From: a virus
Reading direction: 5' to 3' (one strand)
Length of the DNA: 64,000 nt
IMG/VR virus record: IMGVR_UViG_3300048919_000048
Location: 32,001-96,000 of that record
The notes beneath the pieces were generated by a model that saw nothing but the letters and a program-made list of their open reading frames with translations, did not search any database and was not told the DNA's origin. How positions within the stretch are numbered: position 1 is the first letter of the stretch; each line of letters opens with the position of its first letter. Positions 28,376-35,984 of the stretch are shown piece after piece. The position numbers and the translations under genes were made by a program.

Positions 28376-28509
28376 TGAGCAGGGAAGAACTGGCGGAACA
28401 TCTCCAGTCTTTCATGTCCAAAGCAGAACTTGCGGAACTCTTGGCTTGGATTGCCACCCGGCAACACCTGACCTACGAGGATTTGCAGGAGTATCTGAAA
28501 CTAATTTGA
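28375..28509 (+). CDS. Small helical protein (44 aa, not in ORF track)
   Basis: TAATG coupling; ends just before terminator. Confidence 0.55.
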   Translation: MSREELAEHLQSFMSKAELAELLAWIATRQHLTYEDLQEYLKLI

Positions 28510-28510
28510 T

Positions 28511-28540
28511 AAAGGCCACCTTCGGGTGGCCTTTTTATTT
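28511..28540 (+). terminator. Rho-independent terminator
   Basis: AAAGGCCACC-TTCG-GGTGGCCTTTTT. Confidence 0.92.
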
Positions 28541-28551
28541 AAACAAAAGTG

Positions 28552-28580
28552 TTGACTTCCTTTCCGACTTCCCTCATAAT
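28552..28580 (+). promoter_or_regulatory. Sigma70-type early promoter
   Basis: UP element; TTGACT-17 bp-CATAAT. Confidence 0.8.
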
Positions 28581-28609
28581 CCTCTCATCGACAACAAAGA
28601 GGAAAAGAC

Positions 28610-28978
28610 ATGAACAACACGAAAATAACGCAGGTAAGTTCTGCAATCATCCACGAAAGTGATTTCATGAACAAGTCTTCACATCGTCGCTTCATGAAAG
28701 GTTTTGACCGGGCCTTCGAGATCCAGCAATTGAAGGACGAAGGATACATGATCCTCATCGACGGAGAGCCGATGAGCAAGGATGAAAACTTTATCTTCGG
28801 CGACCTGCGAGATAAACCCTGCTTCGGCATCGGCGATGGGCGCTGTATGTACGTCTGGCTGGGCAGCACGTTCTGTGCAGAAACAGAAAATGTATGCGTC
28901 ACCACAGAAGAGATGAAGATCTTCAACAACATCTCCTATGTGTCTCCTAAAAACATCAAGAAAATGAGGAAGCTGTAA
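28610..28978 (+). CDS. Hypothetical protein
   Basis: AGAGGA RBS. Confidence 0.8.
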   Translation: MNNTKITQVSSAIIHESDFMNKSSHRRFMKGFDRAFEIQQLKDEGYMILIDGEPMSKDENFIFGDLRDKPCFGIGDGRCMYVWLGSTFCAETENVCVTTEEMKIFNNISYVSPKNIKKMRKL

Positions 28979-28979
28979 T

Positions 28980-29207
28980 ATGGGTTGGTTTTCAAGAGCG
29001 ATGTGTGTACACAATTGGCGAGTAACAGAGGCTCTGCAAGTTACCCGCTGTCATGATACCCCAGCATATGTGGTCCCCGAAAGTCACGAGACCCAAGTGT
29101 CACGGGTATGTAAATCTTGCCTGAGGCAGGAAACTCATACGGTTAACGGGCATATCTCGAAGGAAGAGGCAATAGATATTTACGGGGGATTTTATCTTGC
29201 GAAATAA
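28980..29207 (+). CDS. Small Cys/His protein
   Basis: GAGGA RBS; CVH.W...CKSC. Confidence 0.7.
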   Translation: MGWFSRAMCVHNWRVTEALQVTRCHDTPAYVVPESHETQVSRVCKSCLRQETHTVNGHISKEEAIDIYGGFYLAK

Positions 29208-29442
29208 CGGAATCTGGTTCAAAATCTTCCTTACAGGCATCGTCATCTTCTGTATTATTGGTATTGTGAATTACGCGATGACTGAGTACCAAGACTTCAA
29301 GGACGGCTGTCAGCCGACCGGGGAGCAGCGAATGGTTAACTCGGTTATCAATGCACCAGACGGCGCGTTCAGCGGTCTGGTGGCAGAAGACAAGTTCGTC
29401 TGTAAAGACGGACGTATTACCTGGAAAGCCCAATACAAATGA
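29197..29442 (+). CDS. Single-TM periplasmic protein
   Basis: TTG start with GGGGG RBS; TM then C..TG...F.C.DG. Confidence 0.65.
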   Translation: MRNNGIWFKIFLTGIVIFCIIGIVNYAMTEYQDFKDGCQPTGEQRMVNSVINAPDGAFSGLVAEDKFVCKDGRITWKAQYK

Positions 29443-29451
29443 GGTATCAAG

Positions 29452-30126
29452 ATGAAATTCAACCGTGGCGAAGTACAGTTCGGAAATAAGATCGAGAAGC
29501 CGTCTCAGGACGACATCAAGAACACACAGGGCCTGTGGAACGCATCGTTCGATGATGCTTTCCGCTTCGGCGGGGACGTAACCCGTGCGGCCCTCCAGGC
29601 GATGAACCTGCGTGGCGATAAAAAGCATATCGTGGTTGATGTGAAGACCCACATGCTGATGCCGGGTATGATCCCTGCGATTCCCGGTTGGCACACTGAC
29701 GGCGTTCCTCGTGGTGGGAAGTCTCTATCCCCGGCGTCAGGTGCCCCGCACATCCACATGCAGATCGGTTCGGACTCTCCGCGCTACCACCTGCTGGTTG
29801 TCGGCGGTGACTGCCCGACGAAGTTCATTGCCTCACGAAACATCAACCTCGTGACGGAGAACCTCCCGAACTTGTATGCCGGGATCTCCAGCCAGGTTTG
29901 TGCGATGGATGACAAGGGCCTCTTGGATACCTATGACTCCCCGGATGGTCAGGTGGTTGAATGGGACTGGTGGGAACTTCACACCGCACAGCAGGCCCGT
30001 GCTCCCGGTTGGCGATACCTTATTCGTGTGACCGAGACTGATTATCTTGAGCCACAAAAGGATCTGCGTTTAGTGCTGCGTAACCAGCAGCAGGTTTATC
30101 TTCCCACGGAGAAATTCGGATGGTAA
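29452..30126 (+). CDS. Putative 2-oxoglutarate/Fe(II) dioxygenase-fold protein
   Basis: PGWHTDG (HxD), distal ELHTA, GWRYLIR. Confidence 0.7.
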   Translation: MKFNRGEVQFGNKIEKPSQDDIKNTQGLWNASFDDAFRFGGDVTRAALQAMNLRGDKKHIVVDVKTHMLMPGMIPAIPGWHTDGVPRGGKSLSPASGAPHIHMQIGSDSPRYHLLVVGGDCPTKFIASRNINLVTENLPNLYAGISSQVCAMDDKGLLDTYDSPDGQVVEWDWWELHTAQQARAPGWRYLIRVTETDYLEPQKDLRLVLRNQQQVYLPTEKFGW

Positions 30127-30398
30127 AGTACGATATTCAAATGTTTGACTGGGTGAAGGTTATTGATGTAGCTCCGGACGGCTACCTGCGGGATGTTTTG
30201 AAAACAGGCATCCCTTCAGACACCCCGCTTCAAGTGATCGAGATTTATCGTCATGAGCGTTGGGGTTGGCGGTACGTGGTGGCTGAAACTGAATACCCGT
30301 TCGGTGATTATGAGGTATCAGGTGACGATATCTACGAGGTGAATCATCCACCAGAAGTCTTCTATGAGCAAAGGAATCCTTATGGCGAAGAAGGTTGA
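30120..30398 (+). CDS. Hypothetical SH3-like protein
   Basis: GGAG RBS. Confidence 0.7.
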   Translation: MVKYDIQMFDWVKVIDVAPDGYLRDVLKTGIPSDTPLQVIEIYRHERWGWRYVVAETEYPFGDYEVSGDDIYEVNHPPEVFYEQRNPYGEEG

Positions 30399-30603
30399 CA
30401 AGAACCAGAAGGAAGAGTACCATTATGAGCGTCACCACTTCTACTTGGACAAACATGCCGGGAAACAAGTGTGTGCATGGTGCGGGCTGGTAGCCCTACG
30501 CAATAAGGCTTCAGAGTGGTGTGTTGAGAAAGGGTGTGACTACAGGCTGCACCCCTCTTATCATAGCACAATGAAAAAGTTGACTAAACAATTTGATTTC
30601 TAA
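30382..30603 (+). CDS. Small zinc-finger-like protein
   Basis: H.F...GKQVCAWCGLVALRN...WCV.KGC. Confidence 0.75.
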   Translation: MAKKVDKNQKEEYHYERHHFYLDKHAGKQVCAWCGLVALRNKASEWCVEKGCDYRLHPSYHSTMKKLTKQFDF

Positions 30604-30616
30604 GGAGAATTACATT

Positions 30617-30964
30617 ATGATGACTTTCTGGCAATACCTGTGCGACAATCCGGCAATCCTGATTTCTTGCGTTATCTTCGGGGCGGTTTTTGGGATCATC
30701 ACCTCTTTCTTCGAAGGTTATAATTTCAAAGAACGCATGGGACACATCGGGGTCTCGATCCTTATTTGGGTGGTCATCATGTTCCCAATGGTATCTTGGG
30801 CAGACTATCATGACTATAAGAAACATTACCAGACGTGTGAGAAACCTGTTGCTAAACGTGCCGGGTACATCTTCTCAGAGAACCGTTGCTGGAAACCTAC
30901 CAACACGTATGTGAAGGTAAATGAAACAACCAAAACCAAACAGGAGCTTCTGGATGTCAAATAA
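30617..30964 (+). CDS. Membrane protein
   Basis: AAGGAG RBS; two TM segments. Confidence 0.75.
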   Translation: MMTFWQYLCDNPAILISCVIFGAVFGIITSFFEGYNFKERMGHIGVSILIWVVIMFPMVSWADYHDYKKHYQTCEKPVAKRAGYIFSENRCWKPTNTYVKVNETTKTKQELLDVK

Positions 30965-31355
30965 GGCGGAACTCGTCGAGAAGAACCGGGAGGAGGTTAA
31001 CGTCTTCCTCTCCAATGTCTTCGGGTACAGCTTCCAGGCGGTTATTCGTAACCGCTTCCCGCTGGCGCAGTTGGACTTCAAACCTGTTGAAAAACTACCA
31101 TACGTCGGCGAAGGTAAAGCGTGGGTATGTGACTGTGGTTGTGGTGAACAAAACCCAATCCTGATCCCTTATGCCACAATGATGGTTGTCGGGGCTGACG
31201 GCCTGAAGGCGGCAGACATCGAAGGTATCTGGGTGTCACCATGCACCGTGAAAGGCTCAGAGCCAGAAGATGGTATGCGCCACTTCGGTATGGACCTCTG
31301 GGACTACGAAACTGACGACCTTGCAGATCCTAAGGTTCGTTTGGAGGGAAACTGA
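30954..31355 (+). CDS. Hypothetical protein
   Basis: AGGAG RBS; CDCGC. Confidence 0.75.
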   Translation: MSNKAELVEKNREEVNVFLSNVFGYSFQAVIRNRFPLAQLDFKPVEKLPYVGEGKAWVCDCGCGEQNPILIPYATMMVVGADGLKAADIEGIWVSPCTVKGSEPEDGMRHFGMDLWDYETDDLADPKVRLEGN

Positions 31356-31591
31356 TGAAGCTGGTACTTGACCCAAGTATTCGCCCGGAGTTTGAGACTT
31401 ACCATGCCAAAATTGATGGTGGGGATCTTGGTGGGGAAACCGAAGTGTGGGTGTGCAAATCCTCCGCTTCTTTCGGGCTGAATCAAGGCGGAGAGGATGA
31501 TGGTTGCGACATCATTCTTCTCGACAAAGAGGGCCTCCTCAAACTGCAATCGTTGGTAAATCAAGCTGTTGAACTGTTGGAGAAGGACTGA
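31355..31591 (+). CDS. Hypothetical protein
   Basis: TGATG coupling. Confidence 0.75.
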   Translation: MKLVLDPSIRPEFETYHAKIDGGDLGGETEVWVCKSSASFGLNQGGEDDGCDIILLDKEGLLKLQSLVNQAVELLEKD

Positions 31592-31836
31592 TGAAAAGGG
31601 CTTTTGGTATTCTGTTTGAACTTCTCGGGGTCGTTGCCCGTATGTGGTGGTTGGATCTGTCTTTCCACAAAGGCAAGCACAAGGATCGTGTTGAAGTCCT
31701 CCGGGCGCGTGGTAAAGATCTCGTTGAAGAGTTCCACACTCTGTCAGAAAAGCTCGACGAAGAGCACAAAGAGAGTGTTGATCGTTACCGCAAGGTTAAG
31801 GCAGAGATCGATAAACTTAATAAGAAGGGTAGTTAA
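31591..31836 (+). CDS. Coiled-coil hypothetical protein
   Basis: TGATG coupling. Confidence 0.7.
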   Translation: MKRAFGILFELLGVVARMWWLDLSFHKGKHKDRVEVLRARGKDLVEEFHTLSEKLDEEHKESVDRYRKVKAEIDKLNKKGS

Positions 31837-32124
31837 ATGTTGAAGGTATTGTCGAAGTTTGCTAGAGTCATTCTTCTGCTGACGGCACTGATTGTCCTTA
31901 ACCCGCACAGGATTATCCTGATCCCGTTCAGCCTGCTCGCTGCCTTCGGTAGCTGGCTGGCATGGAAACTGGAGGACGGTTGCCAGTGGGTTGCTGACAA
32001 AGTGGCTGTCGCAAAAGAGAAGTTCTGGTTGTTTGGGAAGCCGATCAACAAGAAGCTCGATGAAGAGATGGCTGAGTTAAACCGTCTTGTGGCGGAGGTG
32101 GATAAGAAGTTTAAGGCCGACTAA
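31837..32124 (+). CDS. Membrane protein
   Basis: Hydrophobic N-half. Confidence 0.7.
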   Translation: MLKVLSKFARVILLLTALIVLNPHRIILIPFSLLAAFGSWLAWKLEDGCQWVADKVAVAKEKFWLFGKPINKKLDEEMAELNRLVAEVDKKFKAD

Positions 32125-32459
32125 TGGCGGTCCTTAACTTCTACCACCTGAGTAAAGTAATCCCGGAGAATGCTGTATACATAGGCCGCAGGATGCCCCA
32201 CTTCGGGCTACAGCAGTCTAAGTTTGCAAACCCCTTCAAGCTGTCGAAAGAAGAGCCAAGAGGGGCCACAATTGAGCGCTATCGTGTTTGGCTGTGGGAA
32301 CAGATTCGTTCCGGGAAAATTACCATTGAAGATCTTCTTGCTTTGGAAGGTAAAGATCTGGTATGCTTCTGTCATCCCCAACCATGTCACGGAGACGTTA
32401 TCGAAGCGGCTGTGAAATGGGCGAGGGGAGTTTACGATAAGAGGAGAGGAAATGTTTGA
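32124..32459 (+). CDS. DUF4326-family protein
   Basis: VYIGR...S.FANPF...L.GKDLVCFC.PQPCHGDVI signature. Confidence 0.85.
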   Translation: MAVLNFYHLSKVIPENAVYIGRRMPHFGLQQSKFANPFKLSKEEPRGATIERYRVWLWEQIRSGKITIEDLLALEGKDLVCFCHPQPCHGDVIEAAVKWARGVYDKRRGNV

Positions 32460-32667
32460 AATTTTCTGTGAGTGGGACATCGGTCAAGAAGGCTTGCTGT
32501 TCACCTCTGAAAAAGCCGCCAACAACTGGATGCTGGAGAATGAAAACCTGGCAGACTGTTTTGAAGATGGTCTTACCGGACAGGTGGGTATTGATGACCT
32601 GACCGCCGCTGGCCTTCTGGGCACCAATTTACTGACCGTTCTCAACGAGGAAGGAGAGAAAGTATGA
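32452..32667 (+). CDS. Hypothetical protein
   Basis: GAGGAG RBS; CEWDIGQE. Confidence 0.75.
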   Translation: MFEIFCEWDIGQEGLLFTSEKAANNWMLENENLADCFEDGLTGQVGIDDLTAAGLLGTNLLTVLNEEGEKV

Positions 32668-33410
32668 TCAAGAAGTTTGTAGCGTGGGTAAAGGCCCTGT
32701 TCGCCCCAGCGAAGATCGATGATGTAAAGGTTGATGAATACATCGCCAAGCAGTCCCGTCGTACCCACGACGAGTCTGACGTGGTTCTGAAGGCGACGGT
32801 GAAAGGTGATGAGGTTACCTTCACGAAACCTCAGACCGTTAACCAGGTTCGCTTCACCAAGCCAGAAACTCGTCCTCTGGATGATCAACTGAATGATAAT
32901 CAAGTTGTGGTCGCTGTGGATCTGGCAGAACAAACCAAGCGTGTGGTGACGGTAGAGGCCCGCAGTACCGTTCGTGAGATCCCGGTGCATAAGACCCCAC
33001 CTAAACCTCTGAACGAACAGCTTAAAGGTGTGGAACTGCCAGCGTATGCGAAGGGTAAGACCCTGCCGCCGAAGGCGAAGCGTGAGTACATCAAGCGTGC
33101 TGGCTCTCCGGCCCCGGCCCGTCGCCTGGATGACACCCCGCACAGCACAGGTGGTCATGTTGCCTCCCACGGCATTGATCCAGTGAACGCCGCGCTGTAC
33201 GGTTATGCAGCAGCAACGATCCTAAGCGACGACACCCCGGCGGCGCAGCCTGCCCCGGTGGAAGAGTGCCGCAGTTCCGCTGCGACCTCTACGTACAGTT
33301 CGAGCTACTCGTCCTATGACGACAGTTCAAGCTACAGCAGCAGTTCGAGTAGCAGTTCCTACGACTCCAGTTCGTATGACAGTGGCTCCAGCTACTCATC
33401 CTGTGACTAA
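32664..33410 (+). CDS. Hypothetical protein with Ser/Tyr/Asp low-complexity tail
   Basis: AAGGAG RBS; C-terminal SSSYSSYDDSSSY...SSCD. Confidence 0.8.
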   Translation: MIKKFVAWVKALFAPAKIDDVKVDEYIAKQSRRTHDESDVVLKATVKGDEVTFTKPQTVNQVRFTKPETRPLDDQLNDNQVVVAVDLAEQTKRVVTVEARSTVREIPVHKTPPKPLNEQLKGVELPAYAKGKTLPPKAKREYIKRAGSPAPARRLDDTPHSTGGHVASHGIDPVNAALYGYAAATILSDDTPAAQPAPVEECRSSAATSTYSSSYSSYDDSSSYSSSSSSSSYDSSSYDSGSSYSSCD

Positions 33411-33418
33411 GTAATATC

Positions 33419-33440
33419 CGGGGGCTTCGGCCCCCGTTCA
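33419..33440 (+). terminator. GC hairpin (terminator-like, weak U tract)
   Basis: CGGGGGC-TTCG-GCCCCCG. Confidence 0.6.
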
Positions 33441-33473
33441 GTGGAATAACGTTTTACCTTGAGGAGTGATGAA

Positions 33474-33896
33474 ATGAGCAATACAAGAAAAGTTTACCCG
33501 GCAAAACCACCACGTGTTGATAAAAAGGCCCCTCGTTACGGGGACCCGGAGTTCCCAAAAGTGACACCAGAGGAGCTTGCAAAGGCCCGTGAGGTGTTCT
33601 GGGATATCTTCATGGTCAAGCATGACAGTGACTGCTTCAATGATTTCGCAATCGCCATCGGCGGGGACCGTAATCGAGCCAAACAACTCTATTACTTCAT
33701 CCTGTTCCAGAAGGGATTTATGCAGAACCAACAGGCCCGTGAGCGTAAGGTTCGCGGTAAGCTTGCTGTCCGGATCAAGAAGTACACCGAGTTTCTTGAA
33801 AACCCTGAGACGATCTATCAGATCTTGGCCCGTGCAGAGGACGAAGTTGACAAGGAAGAAGAACAGGGACGTCAGGTAGGAGAAACAAAATGTTGA
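33474..33896 (+). CDS. Hypothetical protein
   Basis: GAGGAG RBS. Confidence 0.8.
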   Translation: MSNTRKVYPAKPPRVDKKAPRYGDPEFPKVTPEELAKAREVFWDIFMVKHDSDCFNDFAIAIGGDRNRAKQLYYFILFQKGFMQNQQARERKVRGKLAVRIKKYTEFLENPETIYQILARAEDEVDKEEEQGRQVGETKC

Positions 33897-34042
33897 TAGC
33901 ACCGGAAACTTTTGTTATATTGTTCATATTGGTTGCCATGGCGGGTTCCCGGTTCTACTATTGGACGGTGGCATCATCTTTGGCGTATATCTTGGGGATC
34001 ATGATCTCCACAGAAATTTCTAAATTTGCGGGGTGGATGTGA
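33890..34042 (+). CDS. Small two-TM protein (50 aa, not in ORF track)
   Basis: AGGAG RBS; hydrophobic. Confidence 0.6.
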   Translation: MLIAPETFVILFILVAMAGSRFYYWTVASSLAYILGIMISTEISKFAGWM

Positions 34043-34323
34043 AGAAATTAATTCTACTGGCAGCGTTGGCACTCGCAGGTTGTGATAAGCCGGATCGTTA
34101 TGACACATTACCGACTCTCTTGCCGGAACAGGTTGTTGAACTCCACAAGGCTTGTCAGACCCAGCCCGATTTCAAGTCGAGCCGGGTTATTGTGAGAGAC
34201 TCGTCGGCGCGAGCCGTAATCTGCCGATATCAGGACAAGCAGCCCGGCAGCGGCGGTGGTCCTGCCACTTACGAGGTTGATGCAAAGATTCTTCAGCTTA
34301 AAATTCAGGAGGGTTTGAAATGA
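34033..34323 (+). CDS. Phage lipoprotein
   Basis: KKLILLAALALAGC lipobox. Confidence 0.8.
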   Translation: MDVKKLILLAALALAGCDKPDRYDTLPTLLPEQVVELHKACQTQPDFKSSRVIVRDSSARAVICRYQDKQPGSGGGPATYEVDAKILQLKIQEGLK

Positions 34324-34637
34324 TTGATTTTGTATGGACCGTCTTTATGGCAGGGGCTTGGCTGTCCGTCCTTATCTGGATGGTGCCAACAATCATCGCC
34401 TACAAACGTGATCACCGAAACAAAGTGGTGATCTTCGTAATGTCGGTGGTGATTTCAATGCTGCCGACATTGGTCTTCGTCGGCCTCGGCTGGGTGATGC
34501 TTCTGGCTTTCTCCCTGTACAAATCCCCGGAGGTCGTCGTTGTCCAAGGTCCTCGTGGGGAACCGGGTCCACCTGGTAAAGATGCTGATGAGATCCCTCT
34601 GTCGGCGGCAGGTGTTGTAAAACCTCGAAGGGAGTAA
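34320..34637 (+). CDS. Superinfection immunity protein (T4 Imm-like)
   Basis: PTIIAYKRDHRNK..IF...GWV..L.FSL signature; short G-X-Y tail. Confidence 0.8.
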   Translation: MIDFVWTVFMAGAWLSVLIWMVPTIIAYKRDHRNKVVIFVMSVVISMLPTLVFVGLGWVMLLAFSLYKSPEVVVVQGPRGEPGPPGKDADEIPLSAAGVVKPRRE

Positions 34638-34638
34638 C

Positions 34639-35280
34639 ATGAACGAGATCCTTATTATTGGGGGCCAGAAGAAACGGAATGTAATTTTGGAAGTGGATGC
34701 AACCAGGCAGTCCTTGGGTGCTACGACCCTGACAGACTGGACCGGGAACAATGTGTTCTCTCTGGTCGGCACAGGGGCCAAAATTGCAGACGTAACTGGA
34801 ATCGGTCGGGTAATGGACTTCACTGTTGGGTCGTCCTTCTTCCAGACAGGACTCCCCGTTGATCTTTCAACGGAACCAATGATTATCGACATCATCTTCC
34901 AAAGCATTAACTCCTCAGCTACCCAGATGGTCTGGTGTACCGGGGATTATTCAAGCCGTATTGTTGCTGGGCTTGGTCATTATGCAATGGTGGGTGTCGG
35001 CAGTCACCAGCTTTTCCCAACGGATGCAGCGGGTAACTTTGTCCGCTGTTCAATAAACGGTACGGTCAGTCAGGTATTTGACCTGACGATCCAAACTGAT
35101 CCGGTTGCTAAAACACTCCGGGTCAAGAATAACACGTCGGGTTTGATTCAGAACTTCAACGTTCCGTTCTGGTTTGGTGCCGGGGAAAGACTTTCAGTAG
35201 GCGGAAGCTACGTAAGCGGCGTGGGGTCTGGATTGCTGAGAGGCTACGTTAAGAAGCTGGTTGTTTCAAAAGTAAGTTGA
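34639..35280 (+). CDS. ConA/LamG-like lectin-fold protein, probably virion-associated
   Basis: D.TGNN, MDF..GS...L...L...PMIID, LSVGG...LRGYVKKL pattern; GGGAG RBS. Confidence 0.7.
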   Translation: MNEILIIGGQKKRNVILEVDATRQSLGATTLTDWTGNNVFSLVGTGAKIADVTGIGRVMDFTVGSSFFQTGLPVDLSTEPMIIDIIFQSINSSATQMVWCTGDYSSRIVAGLGHYAMVGVGSHQLFPTDAAGNFVRCSINGTVSQVFDLTIQTDPVAKTLRVKNNTSGLIQNFNVPFWFGAGERLSVGGSYVSGVGSGLLRGYVKKLVVSKVS

Positions 35281-35310
35281 TTTAAAACCGGGGCCATGTA
35301 TAATGGCCCC
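35277..35310 (+). promoter_or_regulatory. Sigma70 promoter with TATAAT inside an 8-bp perfect inverted repeat
   Basis: TTGATT-16 bp-TATAAT; GGGGCCAT-GTATA-ATGGCCCC. Confidence 0.75.
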
Positions 35311-35335
35311 ACATTAAACAGACGAGGAAGATAAG

Positions 35336-35710
35336 ATGAGCATTTTCGATAACACCTTTGTTGAGCCGGGCTGGGTTTGTGTTCAGGCACAGAAGAACAT
35401 TACTCGCTCCGAGGAATACAAATACGTTAACCTTAACCTAATCTACGAACTGGACCAGCGTCAGGTTGAAGTAGGGGCGTCATACGCCATCAACGTCGGC
35501 GGTCAGGTGTCTCGTGAGGTTCCGGTTAAGATGCTCATCAAGATGTACAGCCTGTCTGGTGATGTAACGGAAGAACCTGAAGTCCTCTTCAAACGTTCAC
35601 TGAGGGCATATCGCCCGGATCAGATGACGGAGGAGATGATCAAGGACATTAATGCTGCAAACTTGATGTTTGACAAAGCAGACAAAGAGGTGCAGCGAGT
35701 CTATCTGTAA
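35336..35710 (+). CDS. Hypothetical protein
   Basis: GAGGA RBS. Confidence 0.8.
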   Translation: MSIFDNTFVEPGWVCVQAQKNITRSEEYKYVNLNLIYELDQRQVEVGASYAINVGGQVSREVPVKMLIKMYSLSGDVTEEPEVLFKRSLRAYRPDQMTEEMIKDINAANLMFDKADKEVQRVYL

Positions 35711-35719
35711 GGAGAGAGA

Positions 35720-35905
35720 ATGAACAAATTACTGGCAGGTTTAGGTCTGGGATATTTGGCAGTTGTGATCGCGGCGTTTGCAGCTTGGGTCACCCACGTT
35801 GTGGTGTGTATCAAGACGGCATCTTGGCTGTTCCTGATCGCAGGCGCTATCCTGGCCCCGATCGGTGTTATCCACGGTATTGGCGTGTGGTTCGGCATCT
35901 TCTAA
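35720..35905 (+). CDS. Small membrane protein
   Basis: AAGGAG RBS; AWVTHV..CI...W.FLIAGA...PIG..HG.G.W. Confidence 0.8.
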   Translation: MNKLLAGLGLGYLAVVIAAFAAWVTHVVVCIKTASWLFLIAGAILAPIGVIHGIGVWFGIF

Positions 35906-35906
35906 G

Positions 35907-35934
35907 TTGCAAATCGCAGTAAATGTGGTAACCT
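35907..35934 (+). promoter_or_regulatory. Possible promoter
   Basis: TTGCAA-16 bp-(TG)gTAACCT. Confidence 0.45.
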
Positions 35935-35984
35935 GTTGTTCTGGCCTCGTTCTGGGGCCTTGTTTATCCTCGAAGGAGAAGTGA

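Noticed and set aside
33890-34323. TM protein plus lipoprotein as an i-/o-spanin pair
   Set aside because: The TM protein lacks a periplasmic coiled coil and the genes are outside the late block; not excluded, but unsupported.
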